Source: Intoshia linei | Taxonomy: Eukaryota > Animalia > Orthonectida | Length of the DNA stretch: 62,711 bases | Direction of reading: 5' to 3' | Assembly (NCBI GenBank): GCA_001642005.1 | Contig: LWCA01000068.1 | Location: 1 to 62,711, forward strand | Shown: piece by piece, positions 1-13,822 of the stretch | How positions within the stretch are numbered: position 1 is the first letter of the stretch | How the letters are laid out: each line of letters begins with the position of its first letter | Notes under the pieces: model-generated | The model's database searches: none | Told to the model about the DNA's origin: nothing | Seen by the model: the letters and a program-made list of their open reading frames with translations, nothing else | Made by a program: the position numbers and the translations under genes

Positions 1-389
1 TTTTTACAAATTAAATTTAGTTTTTTTAATGAATAATATTAACATCAATTAAAATCCACCTAATTACAAAAAAAATTAAGTTTTCATCATTACTAGAGTT
101 TATTACATCAATTTTAATGATTTGCCTAATAAATTGACACGCTGTAAAAGTAAGAAAACAATGAAACTTGAAGTTTATCACTATAATCGTCTCATAGTAG
201 AATGTTGAAACGGAGAAAGAGACATTTAATTAGGTAATTTTATTTTAATTCTTTTTTTCTGAGAAAGAAAGGTTAAGTATTATTATGATTAATATTATTA
301 TTATGACATTTAATAGTATTGCAATATAAGAAATATTTTCTGATATATTGCGATGTAGTATTTAGTAATACCATTTGATTCGTTTAATA

Positions 390-812
390 CAGTGGTTCCC
401 GATTGAGGTCCAAAACTATATGCCTGGGGGTCCGTGAGATTCAAATAAAATATAAAAAAATTTTAATTTAACGCTACAATATTATTTCAAAAATTTTATC
501 CCACTTTTATCCTTCCATTAATAACATTTAATAAAAAATATAATTTCAAATCCAAAACAAAACCTCAGGAAAAAATCAACTTTTACCAATATTTTTTTGA
601 AAAATCCACTTAATACAAACTCCAAAACAAAAAATCACCTTTCTCTAATATTTTTTTAAAAAACACGATTTTACCAAATCTTATGAGAAAAAAGCTTGAA
701 TTTTTTCATAATAGTTTTATATTTCATGTTTCCATTGGGGTCAAAAAAATAATATTTTGAAATGGTGATCCGTAGTACGGACTCCATACACAATTTGAAT
801 CGGGAACCACTG
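390..812. mobile_element. hAT-like MITE
   Basis: TIRs CAGTGGTTCCCGATT / AATCGGGAACCACTG; degenerate 8-bp flanks gtttaata/atttaatc. Confidence 0.7.
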
Positions 813-927
813 ATTTAATCTGATTTAAGCTCTTATCTACTACAGTAAAATAGTCATAAAAGTCTAATAGTTAGTACAATGATTCCAAGATGTAGGTCCG
901 GGCAAATATCAACTCCATGATAATGTA

Positions 928-2121
928 CATGCATTCTCAACGGGGTCCACAGCTCTTTTTTGGAGGTCCATGAAAATTACATACATTTATTACATATTAG
1001 ACATTTTCAAATCGTAAAGTCGTTTTTTCAAAAAAAAAGTTTTATTTTATTTTCTTGGTTGTTGATAAATATTGATAATAACGCAATTAACATTGGAGGT
1101 TTCTAGAAAAAAATTAAAATTAAAATGTATTATTGGAAATGATTCTCTTGTTTTTTTACAGAATTGACAAGTCATTGTAGTTTTTGATGTTTTATATGAT
1201 CAATTGCATCATATCTTATTAATAAGGTAAAAATTTCCAATAGGTTGGTTTATTCTTCTCTCAAGATTGATTTGTTTTTAGCTGACACAAAGGTACATTT
1301 ATTTTATGATAATGATGTTTCATCAACATCGTTATAATTCTACGTAGCTACCAAGACATTTCAAGCACAAACAGTAATCATATGGACTCTTTCTTTCCTG
1401 GTCAGATTACTCTTTGATATAAGGTATTTTGAAGAATTACCTTTTATTATCGGGTCTTAATTTGATATTTTAAATCGATGTCGTTTATAAGAATAAAAAA
1501 AGCTCAGAAATACTAATATAAAACGCGCAAATCATGTAAAAATAAATTCTTTGGTATTAAATTAAATTTCTTACATTTGTAAAAACTTATTGGGAAACCT
1601 TCATTGTTCTATTTTAGGAGCATCGGTTTTATTTAATTATATTATTAAAATATTATAATTTTAATAATAAATAATTTTATTACAATTTATGACCGAGCCA
1701 AGTTTCTAGTCATAAACAAAGCTTTAAATTTCAAATTGAAAATGGGACAAAAAATCAGTCAATATTCATTATTCTATGAAACATCAACCAAGGGATAAAA
1801 AATATTAATTTTTCACAGGGATGATAAATAATATAGACTTTTTATTGATCTAATAAAATAATATTGTAAACAATTAATACTGTAAAAAATACTTGAAAAA
1901 CATGTTCCATTTTGGGAACATTGACGAGTTAAAGGTTAATATTAATAGTGCATCACGTTTATCATCTCGCAAAAATAGAGTACTCCATGTCTTTTGAATT
2001 AATTCGTTCCCCAAATGTAATGATTCATTAAAAATTGTGATTATTATAAATTTTTTTAGGTCCACAGGTTTTTTTAATATCATCTTAGGGGTCTACAGCT
2101 AAAAAAAGTTGAGAATGCCTG
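928..2121. mobile_element. hAT-like non-autonomous element (family shared with 58346-59014 and 24493-25018)
   Basis: Ends gcattctcaac...gttgagaatgcctg with atgtacat on both sides; 1500-2121 is closely similar to the reverse complement of 58346-58900. ORF 1874-2083 lies inside and is spurious. Confidence 0.75.
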
Positions 2122-2565
2122 ATGTACATTTAGTATTGAATTAAATCTTAATCTAAAACTAAAAAGATTAAAAAGTAAAATAATGATTATAATTGCGTAG
2201 TTATTTAGCGATAGAATTTTTAAGTAATAGGGAAAAATCCCATGTGAAATTAACAGCCGTCGTAAAAAAAGTTTGAAACACCTGAGTTAATACATCACAC
2301 CTGAATGTGTTTTCGGTCTCTTAGTCCTGTGGTTTTTGCAAACACTAGTCTGACAAACAAATTTATAATGTTCTCCTTCTCATTAAAATAAATAAAATAA
2401 GAAACAAAATTTTAACATTTACTGCATTGTCTGTCGCGTGGGTTGTCCTAGGGTTGGTTTTATTAGTCAAAATTTATATAATTTAATCATCGCCAACCTA
2501 AATCTGATATAACGACTGGAAAACACTGCCATACAATTATAGCTTGCACAATATAAAAATGTTAC

Positions 2566-5500
2566 CCAATTCAATAGAACGAGTCATCTGAAGATTTGAG
2601 GATGAACAAGTTTCTGTTAGACCATATCCTTGAATAACCTTGATTTAAATAGTTAACAAATAATAAATTGATTGTAAATACGTCATTATTCACATTATAA
2701 TGATAATTGTCAGTAATCATGTGCTATTCAATTTATTATTAGGTATTCGTACGGTGCAAATAGTTTATATAGATAGCATTCCGGTCACCGAAATCAAAGA
2801 TAAAATTTTGACTAATAAATATTAAATTTTATTGGACCATTAGACTAGCACACTGCAGGAATAAAAAAATTTACAAAAAAAATTATTTCTCAATATAATC
2901 GCGACACGCAATCTCACTTAAAAAACAATTGGAGCAGTGTTTCTCAAATTATGCACCGCAGTCAGTTTTATGTGTAATTGTGAAAAATTAAAAACGAATT
3001 GAAAATTTTTGAGTTTTTTGTACGGATACAACATTTTGTCTTAAATTTACAGCTTTTCTAAGCAAAATCTTATTAAATAGCTATAAATAAGTTTTTACTA
3101 TAGCAAAGATTATTAGTAACCACCCAAAAAATATGAAATGTTGACTATTTTGTTATGCTTGTGAGCAAAAATTTTTTAATTGCTTCCAATTGGGCCAAAT
3201 GAAAAAAATTTGATAAACACTGGCTAGATCAGTGCTTCCCAAATGGTGCGTCGGCAGTTAAATATATTTTTTTTAAAATTTTTATTATTTATTTTAACGA
3301 TCTATAATTTAAAATTATAAAAATGTCTAAAGTACATAAATTTTATAAATACACTAAAACAATAAATTTAAAGTATATTTTTCTGTAATTATAATTCTTT
3401 CAAACTTTTCACTATCAAAAATATTATAAAACATTGCATCTGAGGGGTCCTTAATTAAATACTTTGAGAAGGACTGTGATAATACACATTCTCAAATATA
3501 TGAATATATTCAATCTATATAGTGCGCCGAAATTTTTATATTCATTTTTTAGTGCATCGAGAACATAAAAAGTATGGGAGCACTGGGCTAGATACAGGGT
3601 GTTAATTCAACAGCGCACACATGAAAATAATTGATAAATTTTAGGAATAATTACTACAACTGACAACAAAGTACAGTCAGACTTGTGGATAGTGAACATT
3701 TGGTTCCGAATTATTTTAATGTTCAGTATAAAAAAATAATAAACAATAAAAATGATAGTATTATGAATCTAAGTTTATTTTCTATATAAGTCAAATTAGT
3801 ATAGTATATATATTATATAGTATATATTAGTATAGCTTGTTTGAATTTTATTATGGCGCACTTTACTTTTTAATTAATAATTTTAATTTTTAAGTATACT
3901 TTTTACATTTTTACTATGAAAAATGTATAGAATATTTAAAAGTGTGATAGAATATTATAGAAGTTAAAATATTTAAAATCAACACCCTGTAGTAAAATGA
4001 TATAAAGATAAACCACATTTATATACAATTCGTACGTGAATTGAATAGCACTTACACAAATGAAACAATAAAAATAAATAAATATTTACACATGCACCAG
4101 ATACAATCCTCCAAAATTCTAAAACTTTTGGAGATATTGGCGCAGACCCAGTTGTAATAAGCCTTAAATTTCCTCCCAGTTTTTCTGATATTATTTTTGA
4201 AAAGACAAATTTGTCCAATAGAGGAGAATTATATACACCACTAAAAGTTTTAAGTATTAATTGGAAATATTATTCATATTATTTAAATTAATAATATTCT
4301 TATTAAATCCAACCACTTTTACCAACTCTTTAGAAAAAAAATTACAGTTTAGTCGCATAATTGTTTATCATTATTTAATTAATAATTAAAAAACACTAAA
4401 TTAACCCATATACTCCCAAACAAATTTTTCCAATTTTTTGGCTTCGATTTTTCCAAAAATTTGGGAAGTTAATACATATTTGCCTATTTCTCACCATATA
4501 TAATTTTAGGTAATTACCAATTGTAGTTATGGAGTTATTTCACATTGGGAGAATAAGGCAAATATAAGCGTGTATATATAAAACCGCATCGTCAATATAC
4601 CTAATTATTTCATCAAATTGTAGTCAATACATGAATTCATCATATGGTATTCATTAAATTCAGTTATCACAACTTTAACAAAAAAAATATAAAAAATTTT
4701 TTCAGTATATTTTTTTTTTGGCTTTAAAAAATCATTTTGGCCCACTGTCAATGACACAGGAGGCTAATCGGTGAAAATCCATAACTAATATACTCGAATG
4801 TTATATAATATACTAATTAATTTAATTTTTCATATTTAATTAACTTTGTTTCAATTTGATGCGTGTTTTTATAAATGTAATGTTGTGTGACCATATGGTC
4901 ACACTGAAAGTATATGGGTTAATAAAGATTATGGTGAAAATGTATTTAAATGTAAATAATTACTTATTTAAAGTTGTACGTTTCCAATAATAAGCAATAT
5001 TAAATATAGTTCTCTTAATAAAGGATTGGGATAAAGCAGCCATAGTCTAAACATAATGTCTATAATTACAAAGTGAAATTTACCATATCATAAACTCTAT
5101 TCATTATTCTAGGAACAGTTGGGTAAATGCTTGGTTTAAAAAATTGCGAATCGTTAACAATTTCTTTAATATTTCCTCCATAATATGCAATTTTACCACC
5201 TTTATAAACCATGACTAACTAAAATAATAATAATATCAGAGAAGCAGGTTGAAATTATGGTAGTAAAAATTACCAAATTCCAATTATTTATAACAGTGTT
5301 TAGTGATTACGAAATTAGGGTCAACGTAGTTCAAAAAAACAGTAAATTTTCATACAGAATAATAGAATTCTACGGTAATTTGTTATTAATTAAATTTAAT
5401 AGGTTATAAATTGGATAGCACTAACCAAAACCGAACCTATCATACTCGATATCCTTTTTCTAAGGACTTTGACGATATATTTGTACAATGGGGTTTCATT

Positions 5501-8500
5501 TTTAAAATTTAGCATTACATTTATTTAAAAAGATGATATTTTTGAATATACTAACCAGAGCAGAACCTAACAAGCTCGAGGCCACCTGAAAATGAAAAAT
5601 AGGCCCTTGAATAAATTTTCATAAAAAATGCGTAGCTACATCTCTAAGGCGCTTAATTTTAAATTTCACACAAAATAGTTGATATTCAAGAATATAATTT
5701 TTATAATACGGACGATTCAGTGGCACATAATGAAAAATAAATATTTTTGATGTTATTATTTGATTATTATGATTTTAAATGTTTATGTGGGATACATTTC
5801 GCGTGGTTAAATATAAAAATGGAGTCAATTTATAACATTGGGATATATTATTCAAAAGAGTGTGAAATACAATGAAAGTTTAAATGAAGATAGTACAATC
5901 AAGAAACACGTTATTAATATCAAAATATATTTATAGTTGTTAATTACTTTAGTTATTATATAATATACTTTATATTATATTAAAGTAACTTTATTATAAA
6001 TATAACACTTTGGAAAATATTTTTAAAATAAAAATAGACAATAATGAAATAAACATTAATGCAGATGATATTGAAGACGTATGCGATATATTCTAGAGTC
6101 TGTTTATTTTCGGTAACATCGAGCATGGTCGCTTCGGTTCTACTATAATAAGTATATATAATAAACCTCAGCCGTTCCTTCATAAATATGAGCCGCTGGT
6201 AAATATGATAACAGTATATCATCGATACCAAATGAAAAAGGATTAGATTTCTTCTCCTAAATATTTTTTAATTATAATTAGCAAAACATACTGTAAATGC
6301 TGAAAGCGACAGTACAGTGGATATAAAATTTTTATGCATTAGTTCAACTCCTTTTGGATTGCCTATATATGTATAAGTAAAGATATCATGATTAACGTAA
6401 ATCAAATACAGTGTACTTAGTACATTGTACTTATAACTGTTATTACAGTAAGTTAAGAAAGAAGGTACAATTAAAAACATATTTTTTTAAAAAAAAATAA
6501 AATATCATGAATTATTACTAAAAGTAATACAACTTTGTTATCATTTTGATATTTATTACAATCCTTTGCAATATTGGTAAAATTCGACTGAAATATGTTT
6601 ATTAAGTGAAGATTCGGTTAATTATTGATACATAATTAATATTTTTAAGTATTTATTAAATTGGTACTGAATATATATCATCACATTGAAAATGACAAAA
6701 TAGATTTTTATAATTTTATTTTTTTTTGGAATTTATACTATTTATGACAATTTTTAGGATTGGACTGTTTTTAAAACTCTTTACGCAAATGTTAACAAAA
6801 AAATTAAGAGGGAATAATTCATTTTAAAGTAAAAAGTAATGTGATATAATGGTTCCACCTGAAACAAGTTTAGGAACCACTCCTTTAAAGGATTGATAAT
6901 AGTGAATAGTAGGATTTTTAAGTTAGAGTTTCAACGTGAATTTATTTTTCAAGTATAATAAAAATGTGCCCTCTGCAGAGATAGATGCGTTTGTACGTAG
7001 TACATAACAGTCAACCCAGTATAAATATAATATTAAAAAAATAATTAATTAATTTCAGTTGTAAAAATGGATTTTAATTAATTTGTACATAACAGTCAAG
7101 CTAGTATATAATAAAAATAACATTTATAATGTACCACTTGTCCCACTTGTGAAATAAATTGTATAAACATCGTGCTTCTTTGATGGCTAAAATTTAAAAT
7201 ATTATCTTTTACTTATATATTAATCAATTAAAAAGTCGACCTTCGCAGAGCTAACTATAGTGTTTGTACCAAGTACATAACAATCAAGATAGTATTATAC
7301 ATAAACTAATGCTACTAAATTGTTTGATGCAAAATTAAATTTTACTAACCAAGTTAAAAGCAAAATTTACAATTGCACTATATTTTTTTCTTGAATTCTA
7401 TAAAAAGTCCACCTTTATCAAATCGATCTACGAATATGAAAACAGAAAAACCACTAAATCATTTCAAATTTAACTGTCATAAAAACAACGACCAACAAAT
7501 TGTTATTTTTTGTATATGTTGCATAGAATGTGTACAATTGTGAAATGTACAGTGTACATTTCGTTAGTATGTAATAACATTAGTATATACATTGTACACA
7601 TTCCACGTGCAAGTCGTAGAATGTATACATTTCATGGACAAGTCGTAAAACGTGTAAAATTTTCATTTATATTTTAATTTTAGTTTTTTTTGAACCAAAC
7701 TTTAAGGGGAGTTTTTTTAGAATTTTTTTGAACCAAATTTTAAAGGGTGTTTCTATGAAATTTTTTTTGATCAAAACTTTTAAGTGGGGATTTTAAGATT
7801 TTATTTTAACCCAAACCTTAAGGTTGTGTTTAAGTTTGGTTCAAAAAAATTTCTAAAGCCCAAAATTAAACTTAAATTAAAATATCAATGAAAATTTTAC
7901 ATTCTAATCATTTTAACATTCTACGACTTATCCGTGAAATGTACAAATTCTACGAGTCATCCATGAAATGTATACATTCCACGACTTGCCCATAGAATGT
8001 GTACATTTCACTGTTTTACACCTCCTATACGACATATAGAACGTATCATGAATGAAAAACTTACATTATGTGGAACAGGATTATTTCTTCCAATCATCTA
8101 AATAAAAAATATCACTAGATCCATAAAAACAACCTCCAATTCTTGATATGTAACAATTTTAAAATTATTATTTTCACATTCATCCAGAACGTCTTTCGGT
8201 ATATTGATTAAAGAAATTATTAATTTAATCTTAAATTTGTTTTCTTTTAATACGTTCACAATTCTACGTAACCTCTTTTCGTTGTCGACAAAAATCGCGT
8301 CAAATTCAGCTATTTTGTTAATTAAAATAATTTAGTTAAACAATAACCGAGTTTAACAATATAAGTGATAGCATCTGAACCAAAACTGTCATACAAAGTA
8401 CTAGCGATCATAGATTGAACGGTCAATGCCAATTGTAGAATAAGATACTAAAGATATTAAAATTGTAATAAAAAAGAAATAAAACCTCTGGTTTATTAGA

Positions 8501-8854
8501 ACTATAAATAGCACAAATGTTATTTTGGGTCAGTCCATAAAAAATTAACCCTGAAGAAATGTAATCAATTTCATTCTTAACATGTAAATATGTTTTAATT
8601 TGAGGAATTGTGTCATTTATACTTTGACGCCATAACATACACGTTAAGGTTTCAGAAAATGAAAATCCTGTTAGAAATAGTTCATAGACATTTTGAAAAT
8701 TGGATTCATTTATCTCGTCGATATTTTCACAAATATTTGATTCTGAATCTGGATCGTCCCTAGGTTTGGTTGATTTGGATTGATAATTTATGTAAATTAT
8801 GGAACTTAATATAGCACCCGTAGCAATCGGAACACTCCAAAGTAGCGTTTTCAT
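2566..8854 (-). CDS. ACSL: Long-chain fatty acyl-CoA synthetase (ACSL1/5/6-like), multi-exon; 3' part continues beyond the left edge of the window
   Basis: N-terminal TM anchor MKTLLWSVPIATGAILSS; AMP-binding motif YFTSGTSG|NPKG (exons ~7133-7185 and ~6290-6362); SYLPAAHIYE; PTVPRIMNR; LGGNLRLITTGSAPIS; VIQGYGLTET (exon 2566-2638); GT-AG introns. Confidence 0.9.
2935..3222. mobile_element. hAT-like MITE
   Basis: TIR CAGTGTTTCTCAAA / TTTGATAAACACTG. Confidence 0.6.
3230..3585. mobile_element. hAT MITE with perfect 8-bp TSD
   Basis: TIR CAGTGCTTCCCA / TGGGAGCACTG; TSD ggctagat at 3222-3229 and 3586-3593. Confidence 0.85.
4405..4918. mobile_element. piggyBac-type MITE in an ACSL intron
   Basis: TTAA on both sides; TIR CCCATATACT / AGTATATGGG; subterminal 20-bp palindrome GTGTGACCATATGGTCACAC at 4885-4904. 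Confidence 0.8.
6480..7019 (+). mobile_element. Non-autonomous Helitron family copy (3' part)
   Basis: Reverse-complement match to the 21425-22020 copy; 3' hairpin tttgtacgtagtacataacag followed by CCAG|T (variant of CTAG). Confidence 0.75.
7513..8038. mobile_element. Foldback-like MITE with long imperfect inverted arms and internal ~29-bp subrepeats
   Basis: Ends tatatgttgcatagaatgtgta ... tacacctcctatacgacatata; repeated caagtcgtagaatgt(a)tacatttcatgga and its reverse complement; related sequence at 50755-50900. Confidence 0.65.
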
Positions 8855-9342
8855 CGTAAAAGTTCCCTATTAAATTAAATTAAAACAAAATATCTCATAT
8901 TATAATTAAAAGATACCAATAAATTAAACAAAAAATACATTTCAAATTTGGTATAATGTATAATAAAGTATAAATGTAAATATATACAATACTCAAAATA
9001 TTTATGAATATGCATGTATATTTGTTAACACAAAATTTACATGAACGTCACAATCTAAATCATATAGTTTAGAATATAGAACATCTATAAATGTGGTTTA
9101 GAAATTTTAGGTATTAATCATCTCAAATACATTACACATGATTAAAAATAACCTCGATAGAACTATAGATTTATAAATTAAATTTACATGTACATATAAG
9201 TTTTAACAGGTTATAATTTTAATAAATATTGGTTACATTCAACAAAATTACAGTTGTTACTCATTTCAATTACATGTATTTTCTACAGATGTAAACGCAA
9301 AATCATCATTTTTTATTTTGACAGACAGCTAAAATGTTAATA

Positions 9343-9554
9343 CAGAAACCTCTTTATAAGCAGACCCCTCTATAAACAAATTATCACGCTTTTAAAAATA
9401 TATCAATCCTATATAATTTGTTTATTACATTTTCACATGTAAAAGTTTAAGTTTTATGGAATTTTTATGACACTTATCATGCTTTTTTGATACTCCAAAA
9501 AACAAATTAGTCGTTAAATTTTCAAAATCGTTGGTTTATAAAGAGGTTTCACTG
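9343..9554. mobile_element. Tc1/pogo-type MITE
   Basis: TA TSD; TIR CAG(TG)AAACCTCTTTATAA. Confidence 0.75.
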
Positions 9555-9953
9555 TAATTTAAATTTAAAATAGTCTAAAAAATTTACCAAAATATTTACA
9601 GGTGTTTCAATATATATTTAAAATCAATAGGATAATAAAGTTGAATACACTATTTCATCATTTGGTAGTATTGATTTCATAAATTTATAACGCTTTTCAT
9701 ATTTAAAATCTGGATCAATTGTTTAAATTAAAATGTAATAATTTGTTGAAATTACTGTTCAACGTTACTATCGGTGATATTTGAATAGACAAATTACTAT
9801 CTTTCAAAAAATAAATTTTTTAGATTTGTACTTTCACATTTGTATATTAATACACTATTACACGGTTTGACAAAATGAAATTTTTTTCGATATAACCGGA
9901 TAATTTTAATTTATTAATTATCTACTCACTACAATGATTATAATGATATATAA

Positions 9954-11450
9954 CAGGGGTTCTCAATCTTTTTTCACAAGGGCCACAATTTAACAATATG
10001 AAAATATAGAACCATCGCGGGCCAAAATTTTTATATTATTGGTAGAAAATTTATGAAACAAAAAAATGTAAATATTTACTATACTTTTAATTACTTTATT
10101 TATTATTAACAGATTAATGTAAATAATTTCTTTGTAAAAAACATTTTATATCCTAATTATATAATGTGCTACGCGATTTTTTTATGTGTGATTTCTTCAA
10201 GGTTGGTAAAACTGGAATTTTCCCTAAAGGGGCTTTTAAAACCCAATTTTTCTATTAAAGGTTGGTAAAAGTGGGTTTTCCCATAAGGGTTGGTAAAATT
10301 GGGATTTTTCCTTAGGGGTTTGTAAATGTGGATTTTTCCCTTAACCCTTTCACTGTCTGTATTCTATACTATACACAACAATTTCACTTCACACATCTGT
10401 GTATTCTATGATATACACAGCATAATTTTGAAAAACTTTATTCTTTTATTTTCATACATTTTCACATAGGTAATTTAAAAATAATACAAGTTTAAATTAA
10501 AAAATAAATTCCAGACGTGTTTGTGTGATAATACATAAAATTGCATCAATAATTGAAATTAATTACTTTTGTTTTTATAAGTAATCTGTTGATGGAATTA
10601 ATAGCCTTTTCTAATTTAATAATTGATTTTATTTTTTTTTTATTGATATACTGTTATTAATTTATAGTTCTTAAAATATATAAAACATTGTTAATCGCTT
10701 TAAAAGTTTGAAAATAAGAGAAAGGCATTGCTCCAAATTATTATTCAATTGAACTGAAATTGTATCAAGTGTCTGCAAATTATAAAAAAAACAAAATAGT
10801 TAAAACATGTTTATGCTAGTGTTTGTTGAAAAAATATAATTAAACTAGGTTGACTGTATTATACTTAGTATAAACAGCACCCAGGTCTGCCGAGGGAGAA
10901 AATTTTTAAGTCTACCAAAAAAATAAATTCAATAATAAATCATAAAAATTTTACTAGCATCACCTTGAGAAACAATTATCATTAAACCTATTAGGATAGG
11001 AGACTTTGGTTCTTGTTTCCAAATGTTACGATTTTATATGAAATCCTAGACGACAGACATATTTATATGAAAAAATAGCACATTTGATAATTTCGCGTAG
11101 CATTAATAATATTTAATAAAAAATACCATTTCAAACTTTACAATTCAAAGTCTTACAGAAAAATCCAATTTTTCTATTTTTTTTTGAATAATCTGAATTT
11201 ACCAAACCTTACTAGAACAGCCTCTTAATCCAATGCCAAAATAAATATCCAAATTTACAAAATCTTAAGTGAATAATCCAGTCCACTTATAACATATCTA
11301 ATTATAATTATAATCTAATTCTAATAATAATCATAATCTAATAATAATTCTTAAAAATCTATAGTTAAAAAATCGGAAAAAATGACTAATAAATCAATTA
11401 AATCGTGGCGGGCCACATGTAGCCCACGGACCGTAAGCTTGACATGGCTG
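9954..11450. mobile_element. Composite of hAT MITE(s), Helitron pieces and a ~30-bp minisatellite
   Basis: Starts CAGGGGTTCTCAA...GGGCCACA and ends gcgggccaca...ttgacatggctg; Helitron 5' end at 10131 and 3' end at 10845; ggttggtaaaa units at 10201-10345. Confidence 0.5.
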
Positions 11451-11679
11451 TTGTACATATCATATTTTGTAGTCAATTGGAATATTCACATCCGATATAA
11501 AATACTTTAAAGTTTAAACCTATCGATTTGAAATATCATATATACTAATATGAATATGTAGATAAATATTAATAAATATAAATGAACATTTGATGACATG
11601 AAATATGGAACATAAGCAAATATTTATATAATCAAAAAATATTAAACATTTTAACTGTAAATTGAACATATATTCATAA

Positions 11680-12735
11680 ATGGCGAATGTAATATATTTA
11701 TAATTAATGATTCAAAACAATTTGTAGATTTTTCAATTTATATTTGTTCCATTTGCAGCTTGTGGTCTAATATTGGGACTATTCTTTATGTTTATTATAA
11801 CACATTACCGAAAAGAATTATTTAAAAAAGAAACTTTGCGATTTCTAATATTCTTAATATTTGTAGATGTAATTATATAAAATTATGATTAAAAATAATG
11901 ATAATATTTATAGACACTAACATCAATTTCATATTTTATATATTGTTATTGGCACATATTTCATCTTAAAAAAAACTCTGCCACATCCATAAATTATACA
12001 AAAATACAGGGTTATTCATCTTTAATTACAGCGTATTTATTGCAAAACGGATTAGTCATGTGGTATTTGTTTGCATTGTCAAACTATGTATGCATTTTGA
12101 TAAGCATTGAAAGATATCTCATCGTATGTCACACTGTATTTCATTTCAACTATGTAAATAAGAATTATTATACAGTATCCTTGATATTGGCAAATCTGAT
12201 TAGTATTTACTATTCAATTACGTTTTGCAGTGTCAATTATAGAATTATTGGTGAAAATTATTTATTTCGACCTTTCTATTATGATCATCCCAATTTCAAT
12301 AAAATGCAAAGCATTATCTTTGCTGTTATAGGATACGGTTTTCCGATTATAACGCATGCATGTTGCTATGCTCAGATGTTGTCACATTTTGACAAAATAT
12401 CCAAAATTACCGGCGAAATCAATTTATTTCCGTCAAAAAAAAATACACTTAAATTTAAAAATCCTAGCAACAATTTATCTAATCAGGCTGAAAATATTAA
12501 AAAAAATATTTCCAAAACCGTCATGATGGTTTGTGGTATATATTCCATTTTGTGGTTACCCGTTACCGTTTATACTCTCCTTGTCGGATTCAATTACATT
12601 GCGGTAAATAATTATCACTATAAAAATTTTAGTATATTTTGTGTATATATCAATATTATATCTAATATTTTTACCTACGTTTTAACGTCCAGAGATATTA
12701 AGTACCATATTTATAAATTTTTTTCATTTAAATAA
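11680..12735 (+). CDS. Divergent rhodopsin-like (class A) GPCR, two short 5' introns
   Basis: Spliced MAN|IFQFIFVPFAACGLILG...LIFVD|TLTS...; SIERYLIVCH (DRY motif), TM5 YGFP, TM6 ILWLP, TM7 NIFTY; seven hydrophobic segments. Confidence 0.85.
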
Positions 12736-12798
12736 ATTTTTAATAATTTTATTTTATTCGTGCAAAGTTTATAATGTATTATTATTTATTATTTTGTT

Positions 12799-13545
12799 TT
12801 ATATATATTGTTTCCATTTTGTATCGGAATATGCTTCAACAAATTCACTTCCACGGGAAGTTGACGTTGTTTCGCTGTTATTAACATCTATACATTTTTA
12901 TTATATACAATGTATTACAATTTGTTTAAATAAGCATTCTCATAAATTGGAACCACAAAACGTGCATTTTGACAATCAAAACTCCAGATTACCGTTTTTT
13001 AAAATTATAAACATTCTCATAAATTTGAATCCCAAAACATGAATTTTCACAAAAAAAGCCCCAGAATTACCCTTTTTAAAATCATAAGCATTCTCATAAA
13101 TGTGTATCCCAAAACCTGCATTTTCACAATCAAAATCCCAAATGACCCTTTTTTTTTAAAATGAATGAACAAGGGATTTATTATAAATGGCGTATAAATA
13201 GTGGTCGAGCAAAAAATAGTAAAAATATAGAAGTAACCATTAGATTGATCTATTGATTGTTTCGTAGAATCGGAGCTTTTCTCAAAGGTTGTTGTTGATG
13301 GTGAATATATTGTAGTATTAGTATCTTCCGATTTTGAACTTTCATTTTGTAAAATTTTACTGTTTATCTCTTCCAATGGTGGGAGACCATTTGATACATT
13401 TATTGATTCAGATAAAACAACTGGATCGTGTGAATCTATATAAAATGTATAAATATTTTTATTTTAATAATAAACGTATAATTGTACATTCAATTGATTC
13501 ATTTAAGTAGTGACTGACATTTGAGTAGTATCTGGCTGATTGACG
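12799..13545 (-). CDS. Terminal exons encoding a Ser/Thr-rich low-complexity tail (possibly the 3' end of the 14800-17621 gene)
   Basis: Phase-compatible exons ...SHDPVVLSESINVSNGLPPLEEINSK...DQSN|DVNNSETTSTSRGSEFVEAYSDTKWKQYI*. Confidence 0.5.
12930..13160. repeat. ~77-bp tandem minisatellite (about 3 units), related to Helitron internal repeats
   Basis: Repeated aagcattctcataaat...cccaaaac..gcatttt..acaa; similar sequence at 24780-24920 and reversed at 26660-26900. Confidence 0.65.
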
Positions 13546-13822
13546 CTATTTACCCTTACATTTACTCTTATCATGAGAACTGAATTTATTATAAATTTTA
13601 TAGCAACTTATCATGTTTATCAAGCAAAAATTAAATTAATTTTTATTCATTAACTTAATTCTCAGTACCGTGTAATGACCCTACCTTACAGGGCGGGGCC
13701 TACGATGCAAATAAAGTTCAACGATTAAATATATTTTCAGTTTACTTACTCTAGTTATTTTTATTATAGTAATTTTTTCACAGTTAATAATAGAGTACAT
13801 CCTTACTTATTATATATTAGTA

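Noticed and set aside
1874-2083. 69-aa ORF, plus ORFs at 24357-24869, 26605-26805, 38306-38515 and 54869-55057
   Set aside because: They lie in MITE/Helitron repeats with no conserved motifs; chance ORFs.
2417-2446. Possible short terminal exon for ACSL (GQPTRQTMQ*)
   Set aside because: It would delete the conserved C-terminal motifs; the remaining exons more likely lie beyond the left edge.
10201-10345. ~30-bp repeats resembling a CRISPR array (also 33760-33920 and 12930-13160)
   Set aside because: Degenerate tandem units without unique spacers, no cas genes, eukaryotic TE context.
13670-13710. SECIS or hammerhead/twister ribozyme interpretation of the hairpin
   Set aside because: No apical AA with correct spacing and no ribozyme core motifs.
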